Of a stretch of DNA of 64,000 bases, positions 46,331 through 56,954 are shown in pieces (within the stretch, counting starts at the first letter, position 1; the number at the start of each line of letters is the position of its first letter). Below the pieces are notes generated by a model that saw nothing but the letters and a program-made list of their open reading frames with translations, was not told where the DNA came from and searched no databases. The DNA comes from Octopus bimaculoides (lineage: Eukaryota), in NCBI RefSeq assembly GCF_001194135.2, contig NC_068991.1:589184-653183 (forward strand). The letters are read 5' to 3'. The translations under genes and the position numbers were made by a program.

Positions 46331-47108
46331 CATACTCACTCACTTACACACATACATATACACACGTGCATATACACGCCCCATACACACAGATATATAT
46401 ATATATATATATATANNNNNNNNNNNNNNNNNNNNNNNNNNNNNNNNNNNNNNNNNNNNNNNNNNNNNNNNNNNNNNNNNNNNNNNNNNNNNNNNNNNNN
46501 NNNNNNNNNNNNNNNNNNNNNNNNNNNNNNNNNNNNNNNNNNNNNNNNNNNNNNNNNNNNNNNNNNNNNNNNNNNNNNNNNNNNNNNNNNNNNNNNNNNN
46601 NNNNNNNNNNNNNNNNNNNNNNNNNNNNNNNNNNNNNNNNNNNNNNNNNNNNNNNNNNNNNNNNNNNNNNNNNNNNNNNNNNNNNNNNNNNNNNNNNNNN
46701 NNNNNNNNNNNNNNNNNNNNNNNNNNNNNNNNNNNNNNNNNNNNNNNNNNNNNNNNNNNNNNNNNNNNNNNNNNNNNNNNNNNNNNNNNNNNNNNNNNNN
46801 NNNNNNNNNNNNNNNNNNNNNNNNNNNNNNNNNNNNNNNNNNNNNNNNNNNNNNNNNNNNNNNNNNNNNNNNNNNNNNNNNNNNNNNNNNNNNNNNNNNN
46901 NNNNNNNNNNNNNNNNNNNNNNNNNNNNNNNNNNNNNNNNNNNNNNNNNNNNNNNNNNNNNNNNNNNNNNNNNNNNNNNNNNNNNNNNNNNNNNNNNNNN
47001 NNNNNNNNNNNNNNNNNNNNNNNNNNNNNNNNNNNNNNNNNNNNNNNNNNNNNNNNNNNNNNNNNNNNNNNNNNNNNNNNNNNNNNNNNNNNNNNNNNNN
47101 NNNNNNNN

Positions 47109-47142
<34 letters not shown>

Positions 47143-49528
47143 TATATACATACAATCATATATGTGTGTATGTGTGTATCTATCTATATATGTGTGTGTA
47201 ACCGTTGTATAAGATATTTGCAGTAAAAAAGTGAGAGAGAAAGAAAAGGAAGGAGAGAGGAAGGGAGTGTGAGAGAGGGAGAGTGAGAGAGGGAGGGAGA
47301 GAGGAAGGGAGAGTGAGAGAGGGAGGGAGAGGAAGAGAGAGTATATGACTGGTACTGTTATTCTCAATTCCAGAAGAACAAATCACGAAGCTGCCACAGC
47401 AAGATTTGCAAACCGACCGTAACTTGTCGGAAAGAAATAATGTAAGGAATGCAGGTCGGCGTTCGGTTAGATTTTCTTTTTCGGTTACAGTTTCTTTCTT
47501 GAAATGTCTAATTACTATTGAACCATAGACGCAGGCATGGCCACCTGGTTAGAAGATTGCTTCCAAACCACATGGTTCAGTTCCATTGCGTGGCACCCTG
47601 GGGGTCGAGTCCCTTCTACAAATTAAAAGAAGCATCGACAGGAAAACAGATCGGGAATTAATCTGGAGGTTATCATTGAAGTTAAGCTAGAAAACCTGGA
47701 CAACATTCCGGTAAACTCCGTCTGCTGAGATGCGCAGATACACGCCGAAGTTCGTAGACAGATCGGGTGAGGACACTGTTCGTGAGGCGCATCTTTCAGT
47801 AATCCGTCTGCTTCATGAAGATGCAGTCATGGGTTCAGCAAAGATCGAAACTTGGCACCTGTCTCTGGAACATTATCAGAGCTCATCGTCTTCCACAAGT
47901 GGGACAATGATATCGGTGGATGTTCCACTCAAGCAATCTATAGAACATTAGGGGCGAGGAAGAGTGACGCTGTAACCAGGGTGATTCTGGGCGCCGACGA
48001 AAGCGAACTGTGGTATGTGCTGGACTTTACAAAGGACAGTGTGAGTAAGGGGTGTAAATTACGTTGCTTAATTAAAATTAAGATTATAATTGAAATAAAT
48101 AAATAATTCAGGAGACGAGGTGAAATGGATTACTTTTGTTTTGTAGACAGTTTTGGTGTGGAATTTGACGGTTCTTCCCGGGGTGAGGAAACCTTTGACA
48201 GAGGGATTCAGTAATGGCTGTTGAGAACACGCTGGCATCACAAGGTTCTGGGCCTGAAGAGAATCAACAGAAACACAATGTTAACTTGTATTTCAACAGG
48301 AATGAGTAACGTGGCGACATTGAAGACAGAGGTTTTAAGTTCAAAACATTTCATGTGTTAGTTATTTGAACCCTCATGCCATGATGGTTTCACTGAGCTT
48401 AATTGAAACAACGGGGTAAGGGATAATGACAAATATTTTGCTGATAATAAACCCTTACTAACTTCGATATCTCCATTTTCTTCTTCTTAATTTGCATGAC
48501 TAGAAACCATGGTTTATATTTAAGCCTATTGTTTTATGGATATTAACCTCCCACCAAAATATTAAGTATTGAACAACCTGTATGATACCATCCATCATGA
48601 GGCTGTTATAACCTCTGTTTGAATTATATACATACATATATATATATATGAGAGTGTATATATAAATCTTACCTCGATAATGAATATATTTAATGATGTT
48701 TTATCCTCGACAAAATTGAGTTGCAGTTTTAGCTGTCCTGTTGGTTTAACAGGAGGAGCATAACGAGGTACCATTTCTTCCAAGTTCAAATCGTGCATCA
48801 GGAATGGCGAATCGGGCAAACCGATTACATTTTGTCGCTGTTCAAAGAGAGAATGTAAAGGAATATAGGCGGAATGGAATTGGTAGGGGATAGAATGGTA
48901 GAGAATCAAATCGAATAGAAATATTGGAATATAATGGAATGGTAGCGAATGGTTTGGATTGATATCGTAAATAACGGAACAAAATAAAATAGAAATTGAC
49001 AAGAAGAGTACATTATACATACACATATATACATACACACATGCACACACGTACACATACGCACACACACACAGAGGTGGAGGCGTGTGGGTTAGTGGTC
49101 AGGGTGCTGCACTCATGAACGTAAGATTGTGGTTTCGATTCCTAGACCGGTCAATGCGTTGTGTTTTTGACCAAAACACTTAAATTTTCCGTTCTTGCAG
49201 CCCACTCAGATAGCAAAATGAGCAAACCTGCGGCAAATCATGTGTGTGTGTGTGTGTATAATACATATTGATACTATATAATCTAGTATATATGATGTAG
49301 TACACCCTGGTGTAGAACTCAATATAGATATGCTTCAGAACGAAGTGTTAGTTGAGTACAAAACGGTAATAAGAAAAGAGATGGATGGCAAAGGAATTAA
49401 ACAATTATCTTAGGAAGTTCATTAGTTTACAGCCGTTTTTGCTATAAGATGCCTGAGTAACACCTTATAGCTTCATCGGAGCTTCAAATATGTAATGCAC
49501 TTCATATTTGAAGCTCCGATGAAGCTCA

Positions 49529-49574
<46 letters not shown>

Positions 49575-50218
49575 TACATCGTACGAATAAGCTGTAAAGA
49601 GAGTTCGACTAAAATTCCTTTCACTACTCACCGTTGTCTTTTGTTTTTTGCGCATGTACTGTTGTTGTCCAGGTGGTGGGTTCAAGTTGTGATCGAAATT
49701 GCTGAGACTGTTAACAACGAGGGTCGATAAAGTCCCACGTCGTTTGAGTGGCTTTTTCTTGCATGGTGTACCTGTTCGATAAATAACAGACACTCGGTCA
49801 TTTATATTGATTGGCTAAGAGAACATCAGTGTGGCCTTTTAGAAGCTGGTGTTTGATTTAGAAGCACAGGAATACCAGTAGATTACTGGTATTGATAATT
49901 AAAAAATTGTTAACATTGTCTCTCAATTTTTCATCATTATATTGATTTCTAAGACGGCAGCAGATTTACACGGAGGAAATAAAAATGAAACAGAAAGCGG
50001 TCTAAGAGGTCAAAGACAGCAGGGTTTAAAAAATGTTATTTCTTACTCACCATCTAAAGAAGTGGAGCCTTTGTTGTCCTTACCAATCTCAGCCAAAGAC
50101 ATGCTTCGTTTTCCCGTTGTGTTATTAATCGACTCTTCTTCTTTCTCCTCCTCTAACATCTCGAATCGATAGGATCTATACATCTCATCCACTCCATTGA
50201 TATCGGAATCGGAATAAT
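41226..50218 (-). CDS. synaptotagmin-like tandem C2-domain protein (divergent); 5' end not identified
   Basis: Eight phase-consistent GT-AG exons on the minus strand: 50218-50051, 49771-49632, 48837-48673, 48253-48134, 46236-46030, 43338-43224, 41924-41719, 41348-41226. C2A runs GQLKLQLNF...LNPSVKGFL...KTKNPVFLEKF; C2B runs GDLRISGCYQP...NPYIKVEMY...KTKV...P. The tail LRHWYEIMEHPHRPADYWHP is synaptotagmin-type. The isoform cannot be assigned from memory. Confidence 0.9.
41719..41924 (-). CDS. Syt-like C2B exon (NPYIKVEMYVNG...HRIGK)
   Basis: TTGCATTGTAG acceptor, GTAAAA donor, 206 nt. Confidence 0.92.
42641..42681 (+). ncRNA. minimal type I hammerhead ribozyme motif
   Basis: Stem I UGUCA/UGGUA, core CUGAGGA (42646-52), stem II GGC/GUC, GAAA (42664-67), stem III AC/GU, and a GUC cleavage triplet (42674-76). 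Activity untested. Confidence 0.55.
43224..43338 (-). CDS. Syt-like C2B exon (LHQGDLRISGCYQP...LVGTV)
   Basis: TTTTCCAATACAG acceptor, GTGAGT donor, 115 nt. Confidence 0.9.
45361..45500. repeat. (ACT)n-(TTC)n microsatellite; representative of very dense simple repeats
   Basis: Other large tracts: (TTC)n 61494-61616, (CAT/CGT)n 16384-16500, (GGT/GAT)n 41400-41640, (AAC/AAT)n 30345-30450, and many (TA)n/(CA)n/(TATC)n tracts flanking the N gaps. Confidence 0.95.
45502..45717 (+). mobile_element. near full-length SINE family A copy
   Basis: GCGGTGAGCTGGCAGAATCGTTAG (A-box-like)...GAGTTCAAATTCC (B-box-like)...GATGTAATCGACTAG, inserted directly after a long (TTC)n tract. Confidence 0.8.
45838..46038. 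repeat. about 20-bp minisatellite (GTGATATCTACCCGTAAA..) abutting a splice donor
   Basis: About 8-9 degenerate units running into the exon boundary at 46030. Confidence 0.8.
46030..46236 (-). CDS. Syt-like C2A exon (NPVFLEKFTIKEL...PQTVLR)
   Basis: TTTCTCCCTTAG acceptor, GTAAGT donor, 207 nt. Confidence 0.9.
48134..48253 (-). CDS. Syt-like C2A exon (AQNLVMPACSQQPLLNPSVKG...VYKTK)
   Basis: TTCTCTTCAG acceptor, GTAATC donor, 120 nt. It bridges the flanking C2A exons in phase and is too short to appear in the ORF track. Confidence 0.88.
48673..48837 (-). CDS. Syt-like exon (RQNVIG...GQLKLQLNFVEDKTSLNIFIIE)
   Basis: TCTCTTTGAACAG acceptor, GTAAGA donor, 165 nt. Confidence 0.88.
49469..49526. 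repeat. perfect 24-bp-arm hairpin, 10-nt loop
   Basis: AGCTTCATCGGAGCTTCAAATATG / CATATTTGAAGCTCCGATGAAGCT. Confidence 0.9.
49632..49771 (-). CDS. Syt-like linker exon (TPCKKKPLKRRG...RKKQKTT)
   Basis: ATCGAACAG acceptor, GTGAGT donor, 140 nt, phase 1-0. Confidence 0.75.
50051..50218 (-). CDS. Syt-like linker exon (YSDSDINGVDEM...STSLD)
   Basis: TTGTCTTCCAG acceptor, GTGAGT donor, 168 nt open in the phase required by the next exon. Confidence 0.72.
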
Positions 50219-50283
50219 CTGGAAGACAATAGAGCAGAATTCAAAATGGTATTGCTTATGCTTTGAATTTGTGTGTGCTGTGA

Positions 50284-50336
<53 letters not shown>

Positions 50337-52019
50337 AAAAAGTCAAGGTGGAAAATGCTAAAATTATTTTATAAAAAACATTTCAGTACCGGTTTCGGTC
50401 ATTGAGAATTTTGGAAAAATTAAATGAAAAGTATTTTAAAAGAATATTTGCATAGTATTCAAATACAAGGGGAATTTTCCTTGTTTCTGCCTGTCACACA
50501 CGCAAACACACACATATTTGTATGTATATAACTCCATATATCTATGGATCCGTGGATGAGGACAGGTATCTGCGCCTACGAAATTTTAAGTAATGTAGAC
50601 TGAGTCAACCTGTTAGGAAAAGTCCATATTTGGTTTATCAACATGTTCTTTGACGTGGAGATTTAATCTCACATAGCGGCAGTCAAGTTATTTATTGTGT
50701 TTCTTAAATAGTATTCAGTATCCATAACAAATATACAAGACGTTCTGACAATGACCATCAGGTTTACTTTGAAATTGAGACATGTCTGGGTCTCTAGTTT
50801 CATCACATCAGAACAATCAACTCTCGTGACTGACAGACACGACCACTTCCATTTAAGATGCAAGGCACTCATGGTTGAGTGCTTGCAGCTTCGTGTATGT
50901 ATGTATAATGTACTGTTATTGGTGGGATAAGAAAAAGGTACCCCACCCACTGAGAAATAAATATATTTTAATATACACTGTATTTCAATTCAAGCTATTA
51001 TAATTTCCTCGCTTCTGATAGTACAATGGTCGGACGAGCTTGCATTGCGTCCTATGTACTACTGGACAATCATTCATGTTCAAAATACATGATTGCTCTC
51101 TCAGAAAAAAGCAAGAACAAATGAAAGAAAAAAATAAATGAAAAAAGAAACGAGAATGAAAGCATGTAGGAAAGCGAAATAAGAGTGTTGTCTCTTTGGT
51201 CCGTTAGGACGGGAGTTAGTAATGGTTGGCTGGGTTAATTCGGCAGGGAAAGTTTAAAATCTGTGAGACTGTATTCTTAATCTGGTAAAGGTGATATTCT
51301 CCAGTTCAATAATAGAAACTTATTCAGATACTTATATTTAGTAAAAAATCTCGGGTCTAAAATTAAGTAGGTCGGCAGAATTCTTAGATTTACAAAGGAT
51401 ATAAGTTCTTTCAGCTATACAAAGCCTACACCTCCTTGACCATTAACGCATGGCTGGGGAATCCTACAATGCTTCATGTGATAGTGTATGGTGTATGGTT
51501 GGCTGTCAAGAATCAGATATGGTTAGCTGACCAAGAGTTTTTTTTTCTACGTGCAGTAAAGAAGATTTGGCTAACCAACACTGTATACAAGAGACTGATA
51601 TAAAACTTTGTCTTTATAAAGAATATTTTCGGGGAAATAAAAAGAGGAATCAACTAAATTAGTTTCAGTATTGTATTGGGATTTTCTCAACGAGTGAGTA
51701 CCTTCTTTAAGTGTTTGCAGAGATTAATCCGGGTATCACAAAAGTTGAAGATACAAACAGAAAACTTCTATTTCGGCGTCAAGTTACTTCAAGTTAGGAA
51801 AGCCATTATTATCTGCAAAACTAAAGTATTTGTGAATACCATGGAGGTTTTCGGTGATCGCAACAGTTTATTTCGTCTTCGCGTTGCAATATGTTTAAAG
51901 AAACTGGGTTACGACAATATACTCGGTTGTAACCTCCTGAGTAAATTCATATAAATGTAATAATATAATATAGAGATATAATGGACATATTATGGAGAGC
52001 CAGTAGCATAACAGGTGTA

Positions 52020-52093
<74 letters not shown>

Positions 52094-52402
52094 CAGCTTC
52101 AAAACTGAATTAGAATTATCAAATAACATTCACAATTTTTGCTTATTTCTTCTTCCTTATCTCAATATCGACTTTTAATGGATTGAAATGCGTTCGTCGA
52201 TAAGTTTTCTTCACTAATTATATACATACATACATGCATACATATATACAGACATACACACACACACACACGTATATGTTTATATGCATGTGTACATGTC
52301 TGTTCATGCATATAAAAATATATATATTTATATCTATATGCACACATATATACATAATCATATATATCAATTTATATATAGATATATATAATTATGAGTG
52401 TT

Positions 52403-52437
<35 letters not shown>

Positions 52438-52851
52438 TCATATATAAGAAATATTCATGTGTAATTATATATATGTATGTATATATACGTATGTGTATGT
52501 ATATATGTGTATGTATGTATATATATNNNNNNNNNNNNNNNNNNNNNNNNNNNNNNNNNNNNNNNNNNNNNNNNNNNNNNNNNNNNNNNNNNNNNNNNNN
52601 NNNNNNNNNNNNNNNNNNNNNNNNNNNNNNNNNNNNNNNNNNNNNNNNNNNNNNNNNNNNNNNNNNNNNNNNNNNNNNNNNNNNNNNNNNNNNNNNNNNN
52701 NNNNNNNNNNNNNNNNNNNNNNNNNNNNNNNNNNNNNNNNNNNNNNNNNNNNNNNNNNNNNNNNNNNNNNNNNNNNNNNNNNNNNNNNNNNNNNNNNNNN
52801 NNNNNNNNNNNNNNNNNNNNNNNNNNNNNNNNNNNNNNNNNNNNNNNNNNN

Positions 52852-52906
<55 letters not shown>

Positions 52907-53025
52907 CAGAATGCTAAAGGTTTCAATACATAAACAGAAAAAAAGAATCTCGTTATTCTACAAAACATGAAATAAGAAGATTTTTGTTGCGTGACAGATT
53001 AAATAATCTCTTATGATGTTAAATG

Positions 53026-53090
<65 letters not shown>

Positions 53091-53250
53091 CCTACCTACC
53101 TACCTACCTACCTACCTATCTATCTCTCTACTTACCTTTCTACATATCCATCCATCTAACAATTTAATTATACTTCTGTCTAACTATCTACCTATCAATT
53201 ATACAAACACATGTATGCGTGCATTAATCGCATATGTATGTATCTCTAAC

Positions 53251-53282
<32 letters not shown>

Positions 53283-54856
53283 ACCCTTTCACTGTTATAC
53301 TCTTTCCCCCCCTCTTACTCTCTCTACTTCCCACTCTCTACTAATACTTTTCTTTCCCTCTCATATCTACCACCGCCTCCCTTTATTTTCTCTCTCTCTC
53401 ACCTTCTCTCCTTTTTACCCTGCCCCCTATTCCCTTCCTTATACGACCAATTCCTTGTAATAATTGCATGCAAAAGTTTCCTCTTCTTCGAATCTAGTTG
53501 TTGACACTGAGCAATGTCTTCAAGAAAGAACACTACTTAGATACATCATTCTAGATCGTGTATATAGGTACCATTGTGATGCACACTTTTTGTAATGTAC
53601 AGAATAATTTTAGAATATTTAGTTAAGCTTCTGCTGTGAGTTCAAATCCTGTCCTCGCTAATCCACTCCAGACGTCTTCAAAGGCATACTAATTACTTAA
53701 CTCTACCCATCTATCATTATCGCTAGTCTGCAGAAGGCTATGGGCATGGCCCTTGTTTACCGCACGAAAATAATACTATTACTCGAAATAATCCTTTGTA
53801 TTTAATGCAAAAAAAGGCTGAAATTTTGCGGGGTGGGTCTCATCGATTCCATCGACTCCCCGGTCTCAACTGGTACTTATTTTGTTGACCTCGGAAGGAT
53901 AAAAGGTAAAGTCGATTTCAGCGGCATTTGAACTTAGAACGTAAAGGCGGGCAAAATGCCACTAAGCGTTTGCTGACCATTCTACCAGCTCGTCACCTAA
54001 TTCTCTATTACCATAATAATAAGCTCTGTGTAGTTATAATATTTTCATACATCCTAGGACTCTCCACTTCACAAACTACTGATTTGCTGCCTTTCCATAA
54101 CATCGAAGTCGGACACAATGGCACTTACCACACACCAACGGAATCCCGCCTCTGTGGAGCATTACAGTATGATATTTAGTAAACTTTTACACTATTTTAA
54201 GGCGGTAAGCTGGCAGAGTGGTTAGCACGTCGGACAAAATACTTTGCAACATTTTTTCCGTCTTTACGCTCTCAGTTCAAATTTCAGCCAGGTCGACATT
54301 GCTATTCATCCTTTCTGTATCGATAAATTAAGGACCAGTTGAGCACTGGGGTTCGATGTAATCGACTTACCCCTCTTTCTGAATTACTGGCCTTGTACCA
54401 AAATTCGAAACCAATCTTATCCTCTATTTAGTAATTGCCTCAATATATTCTACATGTCTGGTCTTGGAATAAAGCGAAGGAAGAATGTAACTGAGGTGTT
54501 TCTCTTTTCTCATAAGAATTTGTGAGAAAACTCAATCTGACCACAAGGTGTAATCCTGAAAACGTTTCCGGATAATCAATTTTAAATGTAATAAAGCTAT
54601 ATTGGTAACACAACTAGGATTTCCTCACTTATTTCTCCCTTGTTTCCAATAAAACTACACCGACATTGACTTCCATCTATTAAAAGAGATGGAAGACCGA
54701 ACAACGTGACTTAACAGTCGTGATATTTTAAATGGCCTTCCAGCGTTGAAATCACTTAACAAACCGTCTTGTTTATAGTAAGAGAGGCTAAATGTCTATC
54801 GCTACTTCTTCAACATGATTTAACCAAGTGGAGACAATAACATCCTCTATTGCTTA

Positions 54857-54911
<55 letters not shown>

Positions 54912-55089
54912 GCTTGTAGTTCAAGATAGACAAGGAGTGCAATATTACACAAATCTCTCTCGCTCTTCTCTATGTCTGTCTCTCTCTCTTTGTTTCCACA
55001 GGCATATGCGTGCGTGTATGTAATATATATATATATACATGCATAGATGCACCACATATATATATATGGTATATATGTGTCGTGTGTGC

Positions 55090-55145
<56 letters not shown>

Positions 55146-55601
55146 CATATATTTGTGTGTATAGATAAAAAACTCGAATCCAAACAGATTGGCGGTTGTA
55201 GTCTACATATGTATATATGTGTGAGCGCATGCGCATATGAGTATTCTTGTATTGACATATATACCTACCTACCTACCTACCTACCTACCTACCTACCTAC
55301 CTACCTACCTATCTATCTATCTATCTAGTTATCTATCTATCTACCTATCTATCCATCTATCTATCTTTCTCGGTAAGTACATTTACATACACACGCGCAC
55401 ACACCTCCACATAGACACACACGAATCTAAGTCTGCTTCTCGTCGGCCATTCTCCTTCAGTCGATAAAGCAACGATTGAAGAAGAAGCAGGAAAATATAA
55501 TTCTTCAACCGGATTCCAATAATGCCGTTTGTGAAAGACACCATCAGGGCATCCTGCGAAATAGTGTCTCGTAGTGGCCATAGAAAGAATGGAGAACTTT
55601 G

Positions 55602-55681
<80 letters not shown>

Positions 55682-55751
55682 TCACACAGATACAGACGCA
55701 CACATCCACTCACACATATACATATATGCGCATGCACAAGCACACACATGT

Positions 55752-55794
<43 letters not shown>

Positions 55795-56722
55795 CACATG
55801 AAACAGTCAAACATCAATCGAAGAATTGCTCAACACATTATTTTGATGCAGAAAAAAAAACTTCAAAATCACGGTCAGCGTTTATGTCTAGTCGGAGAAA
55901 CAGACATAAAAGCTTGCAGTATCCATGTCCAACGAAGTTATCTGATCTTCGGTCAATGGCGTCTTTTTCCCCCAAAATTACACAAAATTAAGTTCTCAGA
56001 TCCGCTTAAACATCTAAACCTCTCGAATGTTTCAGCATGGCGTAGTTCAATAACTGAAATTACTCAGAAATAAGCTGAACCCAAGTTGGCAACGGACCTC
56101 AGTAACATTGCAGAGCTCAATGGCTTTCGGAAATTATCGATAATACACAACATAAAAGAGTTCATGAAATTTTGTCCCGAAACTGTCTTCATCTACTTTA
56201 AAAGTACCGCAACGGATATTACTGTTTACACCTCGGGTAAGCTGCCCACGAACAACTTTGTCCCGTTGAGAGAGGATCTATGAAGGTTTGCCAATATTTC
56301 AGATGTAAAACACCTACCCTTGATTTACTTCGAAGTACGAGTATGGTTTCTAACAACCATAGAGCAAAAACAGTAAAACAGCGACTCTAAAATGGCCCAC
56401 GATGATAAGTGCAACGACAACAAACATCTGTAAATAGAGCAGCTGTCAACATATTCACTAACACCATTTTGTGGTTGAACTTGTACAGCCATATGTAAAT
56501 ATGGAGAGGACAGCGGAAATATACGAGAGATGACGGAAATGTGTCGTCTGCTGTTTGGTTCCGAAGAAATAATATAAAACTACCTTTCACTCTAATATCA
56601 ATATCATCAAAACAAAAACATTCTAATAACATATTTTCTTTGATTTCTTTCATTTATTCTATCAGAGTTTTTCTTTTTTATTCAATTTTTCTTTCTTTCT
56701 TAATTTCATTTATTTTTAACGC

Positions 56723-56798
<76 letters not shown>

Positions 56799-56894
56799 AT
56801 ATTTTCAAAATCTTTCGCTTATTTGTTATTTTAAATCTACCTACTTCTCTCTCTCTCTCTCTCTCCCTCTCTCTCCCCCTCTCTCTCTGTCTTC

Positions 56895-56954
<60 letters not shown>

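Noticed and set aside
47640-48040. Degenerate CR1/L2 reverse transcriptase on the minus strand
   Set aside because: Only a loose SG....PL...VSIFA resemblance with several stops; not supportable without an alignment.
49075-49150. tRNA gene
   Set aside because: A/B-box-like motifs are present, but there is no clean cloverleaf and the sequence continues into a SINE body. The same applies to all SINE heads here.
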